Shown one piece after another: positions 54,753-64,000 of a stretch of DNA of 64,000 nt (positions are counted from its first letter, which is position 1; each line of letters opens with the position of its first letter). The position numbers were made by a program, and so were the translations under genes. Under the pieces are notes generated by a model that saw only the letters and a program-made list of their open reading frames with translations, was not told the DNA's origin and ran no database searches. Source of the stretch: Candidatus Onthoplasma sp. (GTDB taxonomy: Bacteria; Bacillota; Clostridia; Christensenellales; UBA1242); NCBI GenBank assembly GCA_965646995.1, contig CBFGBH010000002.1:5977-69976 (forward strand), read 5' to 3'.

Positions 54753-55415
54753 TTAAATTAAGTTCATAATGCTTCGATTTTGTTTTAACCAATTTTCGCA
54801 AGTTTTATATTCGGGCATAAATTGTCTAACTTTTCTCCAAAAAGTTTTGCTATGATTCTTAAATATAGTGTGTGTTAACTCATGAATGATGATATAATCA
54901 ATGACGCTTTTATTACACAGCATTAGACGAAATGAAAAGTTTAATTTATTGTTATAACTACAAGAGCCCCATCTAGTTTTAGCGCTAGTTATAGTAATAC
55001 TTTTATACGACATACCATATATGTGGGATAGTTTATCTGTGCGTGCTGATAAATATTCTTTTGCTAATTTGATTAGATATTCTCGCAAATACTTAATTGA
55101 ATTATTATTAGGTATGAATATGTAATTGTTATTAATTTTTATGTGCTTATCATCAAATAATTTAATCTCGTAGTTATTGCCTAAAATAGATAGAAACTCT
55201 CCATCAATGCATTTAATAGGAGTTAATTTCGATTGATTAATTTCATCGATTTTCCTTTTTACCCATGCTTGTTTATCATAAATAAATTTATTGACTTTGT
55301 CAATACTTACTGACGATGGTGCTCGCACAATAAAATCTCCACTATTATTGATGATGAGGGCTATACTCTTTCTTTTGGTATATATTATTTTACTTGGATT
55401 TATAATTTGATTCAT
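54753..55415 (-). CDS. YgjP-like metallopeptidase (DUF45 / M48 family)
   Basis: 'WGSCS' and 'HELTH' motifs. Confidence 0.75.
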   Translation of the reverse strand: MNQIINPSKIIYTKRKSIALIINNSGDFIVRAPSSVSIDKVNKFIYDKQAWVKRKIDEINQSKLTPIKCIDGEFLSILGNNYEIKLFDDKHIKINNNYIFIPNNNSIKYLREYLIKLAKEYLSARTDKLSHIYGMSYKSITITSAKTRWGSCSYNNKLNFSFRLMLCNKSVIDYIIIHELTHTIFKNHSKTFWRKVRQFMPEYKTCENWLKQNRSIMNLI

Positions 55416-55457
55416 AATTTGATTATATCATAAACCATGTATAAAATGGTACATAAT

Positions 55458-56378
55458 TTAAAATATTAATTCATATAGAGCATTGAAGGCTGTAATCTCT
55501 CCAGATTTGATTTTAAAATCTAAATCAACATATTTTTGATATAGATTAATATAGTACTTTACTCCATTTTTTATAATTTTCTGTCTTGCTATTTTTATAG
55601 CATAAGTTTTAATATTTAAAATCTTAGATAATTCATCATCACTTTTATTTAGAGATATATATTGCATGCGCTTAAAATATCGTCCTAAATATGAAAATAT
55701 TTCGCTAATAGATTGTGATTTGGACATCTCGTTAAGTATTGTCTGAAATTTAGTATAATCACGATTATCTATCGCTTCTGTTAACATATAGATGACATAT
55801 TCATTAGAATCTGATATAAGATTTGTCACAATATCCATATCTATTTTGTCTAGTCCATTTGAGTAAACGATTAATTTTTCGAGCTCATTGCTAATTTTGG
55901 ACATATCAGAATTAGTCGCATCAATCAGGTAATCCAATGCTCTCTCTTCTATAGATAAATTATATTTTGATAACATATTTAAAATGTATTTAGTAATATC
56001 GCTTCGTTCTAGACTGGTGCAGTCTATAATCTCTCCCACTGACAACTTATCTGTATTTATACACACAAGGATAGTTGAAGAATCTGTAAAATCATATTTG
56101 TTAATGAATTTAATCAGGTCATTGCTGGGATTATCTAATATGATTAGTCGATGTTGACAAGCTATTGGAAGCGTTAATATTGCATTGTCTAGCTCTATGG
56201 ATTTTAATTTCTCACCTTCTAGACATACATAATTAAATTCTTCTAAATCTGTGATTATATTTGACTTCAATATATGAATGGCTTGTCTAACTAGAAAAAT
56301 ATCACCACCAATAATATTATATACTGGCGATAATTGTTGTTTAATTTTCTTGTTTAGTTCCATAAACTTCATATTCAT
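55458..56378 (-). CDS. holA: DNA polymerase III subunit delta
   Basis: Size, position downstream of comEC and N-terminal 'PVYNIIGGD' pattern. Moderate confidence, by eye only. Confidence 0.65.
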   Translation of the reverse strand: MNMKFMELNKKIKQQLSPVYNIIGGDIFLVRQAIHILKSNIITDLEEFNYVCLEGEKLKSIELDNAILTLPIACQHRLIILDNPSNDLIKFINKYDFTDSSTILVCINTDKLSVGEIIDCTSLERSDITKYILNMLSKYNLSIEERALDYLIDATNSDMSKISNELEKLIVYSNGLDKIDMDIVTNLISDSNEYVIYMLTEAIDNRDYTKFQTILNEMSKSQSISEIFSYLGRYFKRMQYISLNKSDDELSKILNIKTYAIKIARQKIIKNGVKYYINLYQKYVDLDFKIKSGEITAFNALYELIF

Positions 56379-56379
56379 A

Positions 56380-57930
56380 TTATAGCAAACAAACTATCAA
56401 TAATGCAAGCAATGGTAGGGTCAAAATAACTTTCTCTTTATGTCCTGCCACACAGATTCTACTTAAAACTAGTAAAATGATAAAATATACGATTATGCCT
56501 ATATATTTGAAATCAATAGTAGACAAATTTGATATTGGCATATTACCTAGAATTGCTGCTAATAGATTAATGAAATCAAATATGGGATTGATTACAAATA
56601 GTAAGTGAGTTATAAGCGGAAATATTAATGAGAGTATTGATAGAACAAAGACAATACTAAATGAAACTGAGAATAAAGGTATTAATAAAATATTCGCTAT
56701 TATAGATATTAAATTTAGTGTGTTAAAGAAATAAGCCATTACCATCATCAATGATATCATAGTTGCTATACTAATTGCCAAACTATCTATTAATGATTTT
56801 GGCATTTTAGAGTGCGATAGCATTTTAGCTAAGGGTCTAAACAATAGTATTATCCCAAATACACATGAAAAACTCATTAGAGTACTTATATCAAACACAC
56901 ACATCGGATTTATAAAGAAAACTATGATGCCCGCCAGTGCTGTGGCAGACAGAGCATCGTATTGACGAAATACTAATGGTGCGATTAGTAAAGTTAATGT
57001 CATGATAGTCGCTCGTACGACCGATACAGAGAATCCACAAATATACATGTATAGCAAAAGTATTAGTGCGACAATTAATACTCTACCCCATCTTTTAACT
57101 TTTAACAAGTCTAAAATTTTATACAAAATACCTGCAATAATTCCAACATGTAATCCAGATACTGCCAATAAGTGTGCTACTCCAGAAAGCTTATAGGCTG
57201 AATATTGACTATCAGATAAACTAGCCTTATCTCCAAAAAGGGCTGAGTATGCTATCTCTACATTTTCGTTAGATAATCCATCAGATAAATTCGATTTAAT
57301 ATACTCCTTTATCTTTTCTGCGAAAGTCAAATCTTGGCGTATTATATTGATAGTATTATAATTGGTATTTGAATAATACTTAATATTCTTATTAACATAG
57401 TAGCAATTAGGTATATCACGATTATTATAGAGTGAAAGGTGCTCAAATTTGTCTGGAATAAAAGATATGACTGAACCTAAATCTAGATTAGTAAAAAGAT
57501 TATCCTTATCATAAATTTGTATTACCATTCTATCATTGTTTTTATCATTGTCGAATATACAATTATCTACTAGAACTTCTATATACCCATCATGTGATTT
57601 ATCAAAGTTATATATTCGAGCAGTGATTTTATTAGGGCTATAGTTTATACCTTGATTATAATTATATTCAACTATATAAAAAGCAGATAAGCCTAAGACA
57701 AAACTAAATAGTGGTACCAGTATGTATTTTATTTTTCGTTTTAATATTGATATAACTAGAGAAATTGTTAAAATTATAATAGATATTATGATAGTAACTA
57801 TGACATTTCTAGTAATATAATATGCAAATAGACTTCCTATTACAAGGAATGCAAGAATAATACATAATGGTCGATAGTTAAACCATCTTTTGTTATTTAT
57901 AGGCGATATTTTATCTTTAGTTTTATTCAT
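56380..57930 (-). CDS. comEC: ComEC/Rec2 family competence channel protein (no C-terminal metallo-beta-lactamase domain)
   Basis: Polytopic. 'SGVAHLLAVSGLHVGI' competence-domain motif. 516 aa. Confidence 0.75.
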   Translation of the reverse strand: MNKTKDKISPINNKRWFNYRPLCIILAFLVIGSLFAYYITRNVIVTIIISIIILTISLVISILKRKIKYILVPLFSFVLGLSAFYIVEYNYNQGINYSPNKITARIYNFDKSHDGYIEVLVDNCIFDNDKNNDRMVIQIYDKDNLFTNLDLGSVISFIPDKFEHLSLYNNRDIPNCYYVNKNIKYYSNTNYNTINIIRQDLTFAEKIKEYIKSNLSDGLSNENVEIAYSALFGDKASLSDSQYSAYKLSGVAHLLAVSGLHVGIIAGILYKILDLLKVKRWGRVLIVALILLLYMYICGFSVSVVRATIMTLTLLIAPLVFRQYDALSATALAGIIVFFINPMCVFDISTLMSFSCVFGIILLFRPLAKMLSHSKMPKSLIDSLAISIATMISLMMVMAYFFNTLNLISIIANILLIPLFSVSFSIVFVLSILSLIFPLITHLLFVINPIFDFINLLAAILGNMPISNLSTIDFKYIGIIVYFIILLVLSRICVAGHKEKVILTLPLLALLIVCLL

Positions 57931-57997
57931 AAATGAGAAAAATATATAAATTTATAAAATTATATCATAAATTTTGCAAGAAATTAACTAAATATAC

Positions 57998-58026
57998 TTG
58001 AAAAATATAAAATATTATGTTATGAT
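57998..58026 (+). promoter_or_regulatory. Sigma-A-type promoter of tRNA-Glu
   Basis: TTGAAA, 17-nt spacer, TATGAT, ending 10 nt upstream of the tRNA. Confidence 0.55.
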
Positions 58027-58036
58027 ATCAAAGTAT

Positions 58037-58111
58037 GGCGCTATAGTCTAGAGGTTAGGACGCGACCCTCTCACGGTTGAGACCGGGGTTCGATTCCCCG
58101 TAGCGCTACCA
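58037..58111 (+). tRNA. tRNA-Glu (anticodon CTC)
   Basis: Acceptor GGCGCTA/TAGCGCT, D-arm GTCTAGAGGTTAGGAC, anticodon loop CTCTCAC, CCA encoded. Confidence 0.85.
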
Positions 58112-58116
58112 CTCGA

Positions 58117-58146
58117 AAGCACAGCCTTTTGGCAGGTGCTTTTTTA
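58117..58146 (+). terminator. Rho-independent terminator after tRNA-Glu
   Basis: AAGCAC..GCC/GGC..GTGCTT stem followed by a T-run. Confidence 0.7.
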
Positions 58147-58320
58147 TTAGAAATATTTATCATTTTTTATTAGTTTTCAATTTGTTCCACAATGTATGAG
58201 TTTTTATCTTTCATAATGAAGTGACTTACTCATTAATTTGTAGAAATAAATAAAAATGTGTACAATTTTCAAATATAAAAAGTAGATGAAACTCATCTAC
58301 TTTTTTGATTTTAAACTAGA

Positions 58321-58827
58321 CTATTTAGATTTAACCGTTGCGAAGAAAGCTACCACTGCACTGATAATTGATAAGAATGCAACACCATAAACACCAAGGT
58401 TAGCTACATACTTAGTCACATCTGTACTCATAGCTGCGCATCCTACTAATGTAGAGATGAAGAAAACTAATGCGGATACTATTGTTAGTATACTTAGAAC
58501 TTTAACGCCCAAATCTAGAAATTTGTTTTTCATAAATAGACGAACTAGCATAGCAACAGCAAGCAATCCAACTAATACTAATGTAATAATCATAAAGATT
58601 TTTCCAACATTCCAACCTGTGATTGCGTCTGCCTTTTGGAAAGTTTCAATTTTATCCATCCAACCTGAAAGATTAGCTTCTTTAGTCGTGGTTATACCCA
58701 ATACAGTATTATTAATAGATAAGAAATTAAATGCTAGTGATACAAATGATAAAACTGTTACTACTATAGATATAATACCTAGAATAAAACCCAATCCACC
58801 ATTACTCTTACTTTTTTTCTTTGCCAT
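58321..58827 (-). CDS. Hypothetical four-TM membrane protein
   Basis: Basic N-terminus 'MAKKKSKSNGG' and four hydrophobic segments. GGAGG RBS. Confidence 0.6.
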   Translation of the reverse strand: MAKKKSKSNGGLGFILGIISIVVTVLSFVSLAFNFLSINNTVLGITTTKEANLSGWMDKIETFQKADAITGWNVGKIFMIITLVLVGLLAVAMLVRLFMKNKFLDLGVKVLSILTIVSALVFFISTLVGCAAMSTDVTKYVANLGVYGVAFLSIISAVVAFFATVKSK

Positions 58828-59001
58828 ATTAACCTCCTTTTATTATCTATGACATAATATTAACTAAAGTTAGTGATAACTAACTTAATCTAGAAGCATT
58901 CTACACTTAATATTTGTTTAAGTCAAATAAATTAAATTAATTTTTCAACTTGCAATTTTTCATATTGTGATATTACTAGGTTATATAATTAATTTTCATT
59001 T

Positions 59002-60435
59002 TTAATATTGCTTGCCAAAATATATTCTATACTTACTCTTTTTACCACAGTAAATACACTTATGAGACTCATCAAACGAATGAATGACACGAGTTTTAAT
59101 AGTGGTATCTTCTTTAATCTTATCTTCGCAAGCATTCTCTCCGCAATGATATGCCAGTACTACTTTTTGTTGGTTAACTTCATCTACTAGAGTATTAAAA
59201 GCATCACACTCTATGATTGAATTGTTTAAATTATCTTCTGCTTGTTTCAGCATATTATTTTGAATACTTTTCAATGTAGAGATTACTTCTTCAACTATGT
59301 TATTTAAATGCAAAGTAAATTTTTCGTGAGTATCTCTACGAACAGCAGTTGCTACACCATTCTCTATATCTCTAGGTCCAATCTCCAATCTCAATGGCAC
59401 ACCTTTAAGCTCATACTCATTGAATTTCCAACCGGGTGTGTTATTTGAGTCATCTAGTTTTACCCTGCAATTAGCTTGTATTTTAAGAAGATTTTCGATT
59501 TCCTTACATTTATCTAATACGCCTTCTTTGTGGCTGGCAATAGGAATTATTACTACTTGAATTGGGGCAATTTGTGGAGGCAAACGGAGTCCACGCTCAT
59601 CTCCGTGTGTCATTACTAAAGCGCCTATTAATCTAGTAGATACGCCCCAGCTAGATGAATATCCATATTCCAATTCTTCATTTTGGTTAAGGAATTTGAT
59701 ATTACTAGCTTTAGCGAAATTCTGTCCTAGATAGTGAGTAGTACCAGCCTGTAAACATTTACCATCTTTCATTATTGCTTCTAGTCCATATGTCCTAACA
59801 GCACCTGCGAACTTTTCTTTTTCACTTTTTTGACCAGTTAATGTAGGTATAGCTAAACTATTGTGTAAAAAATCTTTATATACAGCTAGCATCTGTTTTG
59901 CATCATTATCTGCTCCTTCAGACGTTGAGTACACAGTGTGCCCTTCTTGCCATAGAAACTCACTAGTTCTTAAGAATGGACGAGTCGTTTTCTCCCATCT
60001 AAGAACATTACACCACTGATTCATCTTCATTGGTAAATCACGATATGATTTAATCCACTTTGAATACATGTCACATATAATAGTTTCACTAGTTGGTCGA
60101 ATAATTAGAGGTTCTGCTAATTTTTCTCCACCAGCATGAGTAACCACGGCAACTTCGGGTGCAAAGCCCTCTACGTGTTCCGCTTCTCTCTTTAAATATC
60201 TCTCTGGTATGAGCATTGGAAAGTATGCGTTCTGTACATCTAAATTTTTAAACTTACCATTCAAGATTGCTTGTATATTCTCCCAGATTGCATAGCCATA
60301 TGGTTTAATGACCATTGTTCCTTTTACTGGGCCATAATCTACCATATTGGATTTTAGTACGACATCGGTGTACCACTGGGCGAAATTTGTCTTAATATCC
60401 GCAATCTCATTAACAAATTGTTTATTCTTCTCCAT
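59002..60435 (-). CDS. proS: Prolyl-tRNA synthetase (archaeal/eukaryote-like type lacking the INS domain)
   Basis: Class II motifs, 'RPTSETI', a C-terminal zinc-type cysteine cluster and a terminal Tyr. The start is ambiguous (60435, 60444 or 60462) and overlaps the xseB end. Confidence 0.85.
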   Translation of the reverse strand: MEKNKQFVNEIADIKTNFAQWYTDVVLKSNMVDYGPVKGTMVIKPYGYAIWENIQAILNGKFKNLDVQNAYFPMLIPERYLKREAEHVEGFAPEVAVVTHAGGEKLAEPLIIRPTSETIICDMYSKWIKSYRDLPMKMNQWCNVLRWEKTTRPFLRTSEFLWQEGHTVYSTSEGADNDAKQMLAVYKDFLHNSLAIPTLTGQKSEKEKFAGAVRTYGLEAIMKDGKCLQAGTTHYLGQNFAKASNIKFLNQNEELEYGYSSSWGVSTRLIGALVMTHGDERGLRLPPQIAPIQVVIIPIASHKEGVLDKCKEIENLLKIQANCRVKLDDSNNTPGWKFNEYELKGVPLRLEIGPRDIENGVATAVRRDTHEKFTLHLNNIVEEVISTLKSIQNNMLKQAEDNLNNSIIECDAFNTLVDEVNQQKVVLAYHCGENACEDKIKEDTTIKTRVIHSFDESHKCIYCGKKSKYRIYFGKQY

Positions 60436-60625
60436 TTTGTTCATCCTTTGATTGAAATTCATTCTTTACCATTATAATCTTTCCTTTAGCTTTTTCCAAC
60501 TCTTTTAAGCAAAGTTTTGCTAATTTACAGCCCTCTTCATATAATTTGAGACTATCATCTAGGTTAGCCCCTTTTTCAAGTATATTAGAAATTTCTTCTA
60601 ATCTTTTAATATTTTTTTCTATCAT
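60422..60625 (-). CDS. xseB: Exodeoxyribonuclease VII small subunit
   Basis: 'LEEISNILEKG...LDDSLKLYEEGCKL' pattern. Overlaps xseA by 4 nt. Confidence 0.85.
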   Translation of the reverse strand: MIEKNIKRLEEISNILEKGANLDDSLKLYEEGCKLAKLCLKELEKAKGKIIMVKNEFQSKDEQNGEE

Positions 60626-61794
60626 AAGATCTCCTTTGATTTAACCTCTGCTGTGAGTTTCATGTCTGTTGTTGTGATGTTTATTTCATCTCCAATATTA
60701 ATATTATCTTTAGTAGCACTTTGATTATTGCTATCAATAATCGCATAACCACTACTTAATATTCTAGCTGGGTTTAATTTATCTAGTGTATTTAATAGTA
60801 TATTTACCTTATATGTGGTATTGTTAATATAATTGTCAGTCAAATATTCTATTCGATTGATTAAGTCTACTACTCTAATAGATTCATCATTTATAGTTGA
60901 ATTTATATTATGGTCTATTGCATTAGTGATTAATTCTAACTGGATAGATTTTGATTGAATTAAATCATCTATTTTATAATTCATATTAAAAATAATATCT
61001 TGAATATATTTAATTAAATCAGAATTGTTAAACGTTACCAATTCAGCAGCCGCACTTGGCGTGGGGGCTCTAAGGTCAGCAACAAAGTCTAAAATACTAA
61101 AATCAGTCTCATGCCCTACTGCACTAATTATTGGTTTGTTACATATAAATGCAATTCTTGCTAGTTCTTCGTCATTAAAAGGTGCAAGATCCTCTATACT
61201 ACCGCCACCTCGTGCGACAATTATTACATCTACATCTGTCATATTATCAAAATAGGTTATACCTTCTATTATCTGTTTAACAGCATATTTACCCTGAACT
61301 TGTGAATCATAAACATAAATATCAAGATTTGGATTTCTTCTATAAGTGATATTTTTAATATCTTGTAATACTGCTCCTGTTTTACTTGTAACGACACCAA
61401 TTGAAGAGATATATTTAGGTATTGGACTTTTATTTTTTGCGTCAAATATACCTTCTTTTTCTAGCCTATTTTTTAGTTCTAAAAATTGCTTATATAATTC
61501 TCCTTGACCACATAGTTGAATAGAAAGAGCCTGAAAAGATAGTTTACCACCTTTAGGATAATATTTGATATTACCTCTACACTCTACTAAATCTCCTATT
61601 TTAAATTCACTGTGTACACCGAATTGAACACATGAAAGAATATTATCATTTTCTTTTAAAGTGAAATATGCTATATTTCGTGTAATAGAAAAACTAGACA
61701 ATTCCCCAGTAACAACGATATCTTCTAATAATACTTCATTGTCTATTAAATCTTTTATAATTCGGTTAATTTGGCTAACTGAAAATACTTTCAT
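60622..61794 (-). CDS. xseA: Exodeoxyribonuclease VII large subunit
   Basis: N-terminal OB 'VSQINRIIKDLI..VVTGELS' and 'VARGGGSIEDL'. I prefer the ATG at 61794, just after the nusB stop. Confidence 0.85.
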   Translation of the reverse strand: MKVFSVSQINRIIKDLIDNEVLLEDIVVTGELSSFSITRNIAYFTLKENDNILSCVQFGVHSEFKIGDLVECRGNIKYYPKGGKLSFQALSIQLCGQGELYKQFLELKNRLEKEGIFDAKNKSPIPKYISSIGVVTSKTGAVLQDIKNITYRRNPNLDIYVYDSQVQGKYAVKQIIEGITYFDNMTDVDVIIVARGGGSIEDLAPFNDEELARIAFICNKPIISAVGHETDFSILDFVADLRAPTPSAAAELVTFNNSDLIKYIQDIIFNMNYKIDDLIQSKSIQLELITNAIDHNINSTINDESIRVVDLINRIEYLTDNYINNTTYKVNILLNTLDKLNPARILSSGYAIIDSNNQSATKDNINIGDEINITTTDMKLTAEVKSKEIL

Positions 61795-61798
61795 TAAA

Positions 61799-62173
61799 TT
61801 AAATATCCTTAACGATATCTGCGAGTACTCCATTTATGAATTTAGGACTCTTGTCAGTTGAAAATTTCTTTGCGAGTTCGACAGATTCATTTATGACTAC
61901 TTCTTTCGGAGTTTTGATATATATCAGCTCAATGATAGCTAGTATTAAAATGGCTAAATCAATTTTATATAATCTATCTATAGTATAGCCTTTAAGATTC
62001 TTTGAAATAATATCATTTATCTCAGAATAATTTTTTGCGAAATTAGAAAGAATCTGACTAGTAAATTCAAGTCCATCTTTGTCTGCACCTTTTAATACAT
62101 CCTCATCGCTTGGATTGAAAAATTTAGAATAAATCGTTTTAAATGCCAATTCACGCATATCTGTTCGTTTCAT
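61799..62173 (-). CDS. nusB: Transcription antitermination factor NusB
   Basis: 'R..AFK..Y' N-terminus and 'FINGVL' C-terminal motif. Confidence 0.85.
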   Translation of the reverse strand: MKRTDMRELAFKTIYSKFFNPSDEDVLKGADKDGLEFTSQILSNFAKNYSEINDIISKNLKGYTIDRLYKIDLAILILAIIELIYIKTPKEVVINESVELAKKFSTDKSPKFINGVLADIVKDI

Positions 62174-62204
62174 CTTTTCCTCCTATGACAAAAACTCTCT
62201 CTAG

Positions 62205-62561
62205 TTAGAGAGAATTCTTTTCTGCATCCATAATATGCACATTAATTGTTTTAATTTTAATAGGTAGCAGTGAAGTTATGCTGTTTTTTACATTTTGCTG
62301 TATGCGATATACGACATCATTAACTTCACAATCTGTCTCAACAGTAATATACAAATCAATAATAACGCCTATATTTGTATATTTAATACGTACTCCTTTA
62401 CCTACATTTTTATTAAAAGGTCGTCTTATCGTAAGTCTAGTAGGTTGGAATACGTCCACTACACCCTTGATTTCTTTAGTAGCTAAGCTTACAATAGATA
62501 CAAGCATATTCTTATTAATATAGGTATCTGTTTCACCATTTATGTTTTTTATTTGTGCCAT
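62205..62561 (-). CDS. Asp23/Gls24 family envelope stress protein
   Basis: 'IVSLATKEIKGV' pattern. Positioned between spoIIIA and nusB, as for Bacillus yqhY. Confidence 0.8.
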   Translation of the reverse strand: MAQIKNINGETDTYINKNMLVSIVSLATKEIKGVVDVFQPTRLTIRRPFNKNVGKGVRIKYTNIGVIIDLYITVETDCEVNDVVYRIQQNVKNSITSLLPIKIKTINVHIMDAEKNSL

Positions 62562-62612
62562 AAATAAACCACCTTCTATTTAATTATAACACATAAAATC
62601 AATTTTAGCAAA

Positions 62613-63101
62613 TTATTCAGACGGTATTATAATAATTTTATCATCTTCAATACCAAATTGTTCATGTACTACATTAGCAATTTGTGCTACTTCAGCACTA
62701 GTTAATTCTTTTGATTGAACAAATACATTGATATTCGAACTAGATGGAGTGACAACAGCGTCTGGGAAACCTTTACCTCTTATTATTCCTTCGGTAACTA
62801 ATTCTTTCTCCATTTGAGCAATAATGGCTAATTTATTCTGCTCTGCTTCTTTCTTTGATTCTGCACTTGCTGTAGTGCTGGCGATAATAGAATCATAGAA
62901 TTGAATTTCTTGTGTTCTGGTTGCTTCTCTTTTATTTCTATATGTGGTATAGAAATTGGCAGACACATTTGTACTTACATTTGTAGAATTGTTGCCTGAT
63001 AGAGTACTATTTAAAGCAACATTCACATACCCTGTAACTAATAATAAAGCTATCATAACTGATAAAATAATAATTTTTTTCTTCTTTGATAATGTTTTCA
63101 T
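62613..63101 (-). CDS. spoIIIAH: Stage III sporulation protein AH
   Basis: N-terminal TM helix and a C-terminal YscJ/FliF-like domain. Last gene of the spoIIIA series. Confidence 0.75.
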   Translation of the reverse strand: MKTLSKKKKIIILSVMIALLLVTGYVNVALNSTLSGNNSTNVSTNVSANFYTTYRNKREATRTQEIQFYDSIIASTTASAESKKEAEQNKLAIIAQMEKELVTEGIIRGKGFPDAVVTPSSSNINVFVQSKELTSAEVAQIANVVHEQFGIEDDKIIIIPSE

Positions 63102-63110
63102 AAATCCTCC

Positions 63111-63560
63111 TTAATCACTTGATAAAATTTCTACATTTCCATTTGTAATATCAATCACTGCTTCTAATGCTTTAAGAACTTTTAACTTGTTCGCCGTATC
63201 TCCTACTCCCTTGGCTGTCACGATAACACCTTTGATAGGCGGAAATGTCGTAATGTTGATTGATGATTCATCCACTTTCACATTACTCATATCTAATGTT
63301 ATCATTACTTTAACATTTGATACACCTCCGATATTAGATAAAATCTCTTCTAGATTATTTTCTAAGTTGTCGACATAAGCTGTGATTGTTAATTCATTTG
63401 TAGTAGTGTTTTTCTTATTTGTTCCACTAGTTTTAGTACTTGATAGATATATTAGCAATAAAATCACAACGAATAATACAGCAATATAAATCTCAATATG
63501 TTTTATCTTTTTCAGTTTTTCGAACCATTTAAAACCCGATTTATTTTCTTTATCACTCAT
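63111..63560 (-). CDS. spoIIIAG: Stage III sporulation protein AG
   Basis: TM helix plus 'VKVMITL...IKGVIVTAKG' pattern. Confidence 0.75.
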   Translation of the reverse strand: MSDKENKSGFKWFEKLKKIKHIEIYIAVLFVVILLLIYLSSTKTSGTNKKNTTTNELTITAYVDNLENNLEEILSNIGGVSNVKVMITLDMSNVKVDESSINITTFPPIKGVIVTAKGVGDTANKLKVLKALEAVIDITNGNVEILSSD

Positions 63561-64000
63561 CGAATATTATCACCTCATCTGTCAGATTTGTGTAAGTAGA
63601 CACGACTTCAATAATGAATTCATATTTATTTATATGCGGCTTGTCCGATGTAATTACTAAATTTTTTAAATTTACCGTGCAAGAATATAATTCTAATTTG
63701 TTATCATTTACCGAATAGGATATTTTTATGTCGATATTTTTATATCCTGACTTTTCTAGGTCTTTTAATATTGATTTTTCCATTGAGGAAATTTTTTGTT
63801 TCGTGATATAATTATGTAGTGTTTGCTCTATTTCATAATCTTCATATTTTAATTGAAAGCCTTGATTTTCATGGAAAAATGTAATCACAGGACTTAATAT
63901 TACCGCCACCACAAAGATAGAGAAAATACTCTTGATATATTTGTTAATCTGTCCACTTGGGATAATAATGTCTATAATAATACCAGCTACTACCACCCCA
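63553..64000 (-). CDS. spoIIIAF: Stage III sporulation protein AF (5' end outside the window)
   Basis: The ORF runs off the window edge. Hydrophobic N-terminal part and operon position fit. Confidence 0.65.
   Translation of the reverse strand, partial: GVVVAGIIIDIIIPSGQINKYIKSIFSIFVVAVILSPVITFFHENQGFQLKYEDYEIEQTLHNYITKQKISSMEKSILKDLEKSGYKNIDIKISYSVNDNKLELYSCTVNLKNLVITSDKPHINKYEFIIEVVSTYTNLTDEVIIFDE

Overview
Chromosomal window from a very AT-rich, endospore-forming Firmicute with Clostridia-like gene content. It uses the standard code (TGA acts as a stop). GC content was judged by eye, not computed.

Gene layout: left of about 28.3 kb, 28 of 33 CDS are on the + strand. These include the recJ 3' part, an M50 protease, scpAB, ytfIJ-like genes, dacB, rluB, plsC, an S1-domain protein, a cls-like gene, a six-tRNA cluster, spoIIAA-spoIIAB-sigF, spoVAC/AD/AE, yunB, cysteine desulfurase-thiI and rny. 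Right of about 32.8 kb, 24 of 27 CDS are on the - strand. These include a PadR/ABC operon, lexA, a tyrosine recombinase, a ynbB-like gene, miaA, mutL, mutS, miaB, glmS, murI, holA, comEC, proS, xseBA, nusB, asp23 and spoIIIAF-AH. This convergent orientation suggests a replication-terminus-like region.

Main observations:
1. A 15-18-nt motif (TATCTTTGCGTAAAA) occurs four times. Two copies form a perfect 16-6-16 palindrome at 41519-41556. One copy lies 12 nt upstream of the tyrosine recombinase gene. One inverted pair brackets the only + strand block (serS) in this - strand region. I read this as a candidate dif-like or inversion site set.
2. At the convergence point, next to tRNA-Trp, lies a divergent adenylosuccinate-synthetase-like gene. 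Its motif substitutions resemble, as I remember them, phage PurZ. It is broken by a 19-bp tandem duplication and a 1-nt frameshift, yet keeps a consensus promoter.
3. About 1 kb bounded by nested inverted repeats sits directly after rny. It contains three long GC-rich hairpins and one small membrane-protein ORF.
4. A head-on NADAR / MazG-like / HIT / cupin cluster lies downstream of tRNA-Thr(CGU).
5. 26-bp duplications of tRNA ends occur at two tRNA loci.
6. A cardiolipin-synthase homologue has both HKD motifs degenerate.
7. Consensus Spo0A boxes are present.

No CRISPR array, rRNA gene or intact transposase was seen. All family assignments are motif recognition by eye; no database search was run.
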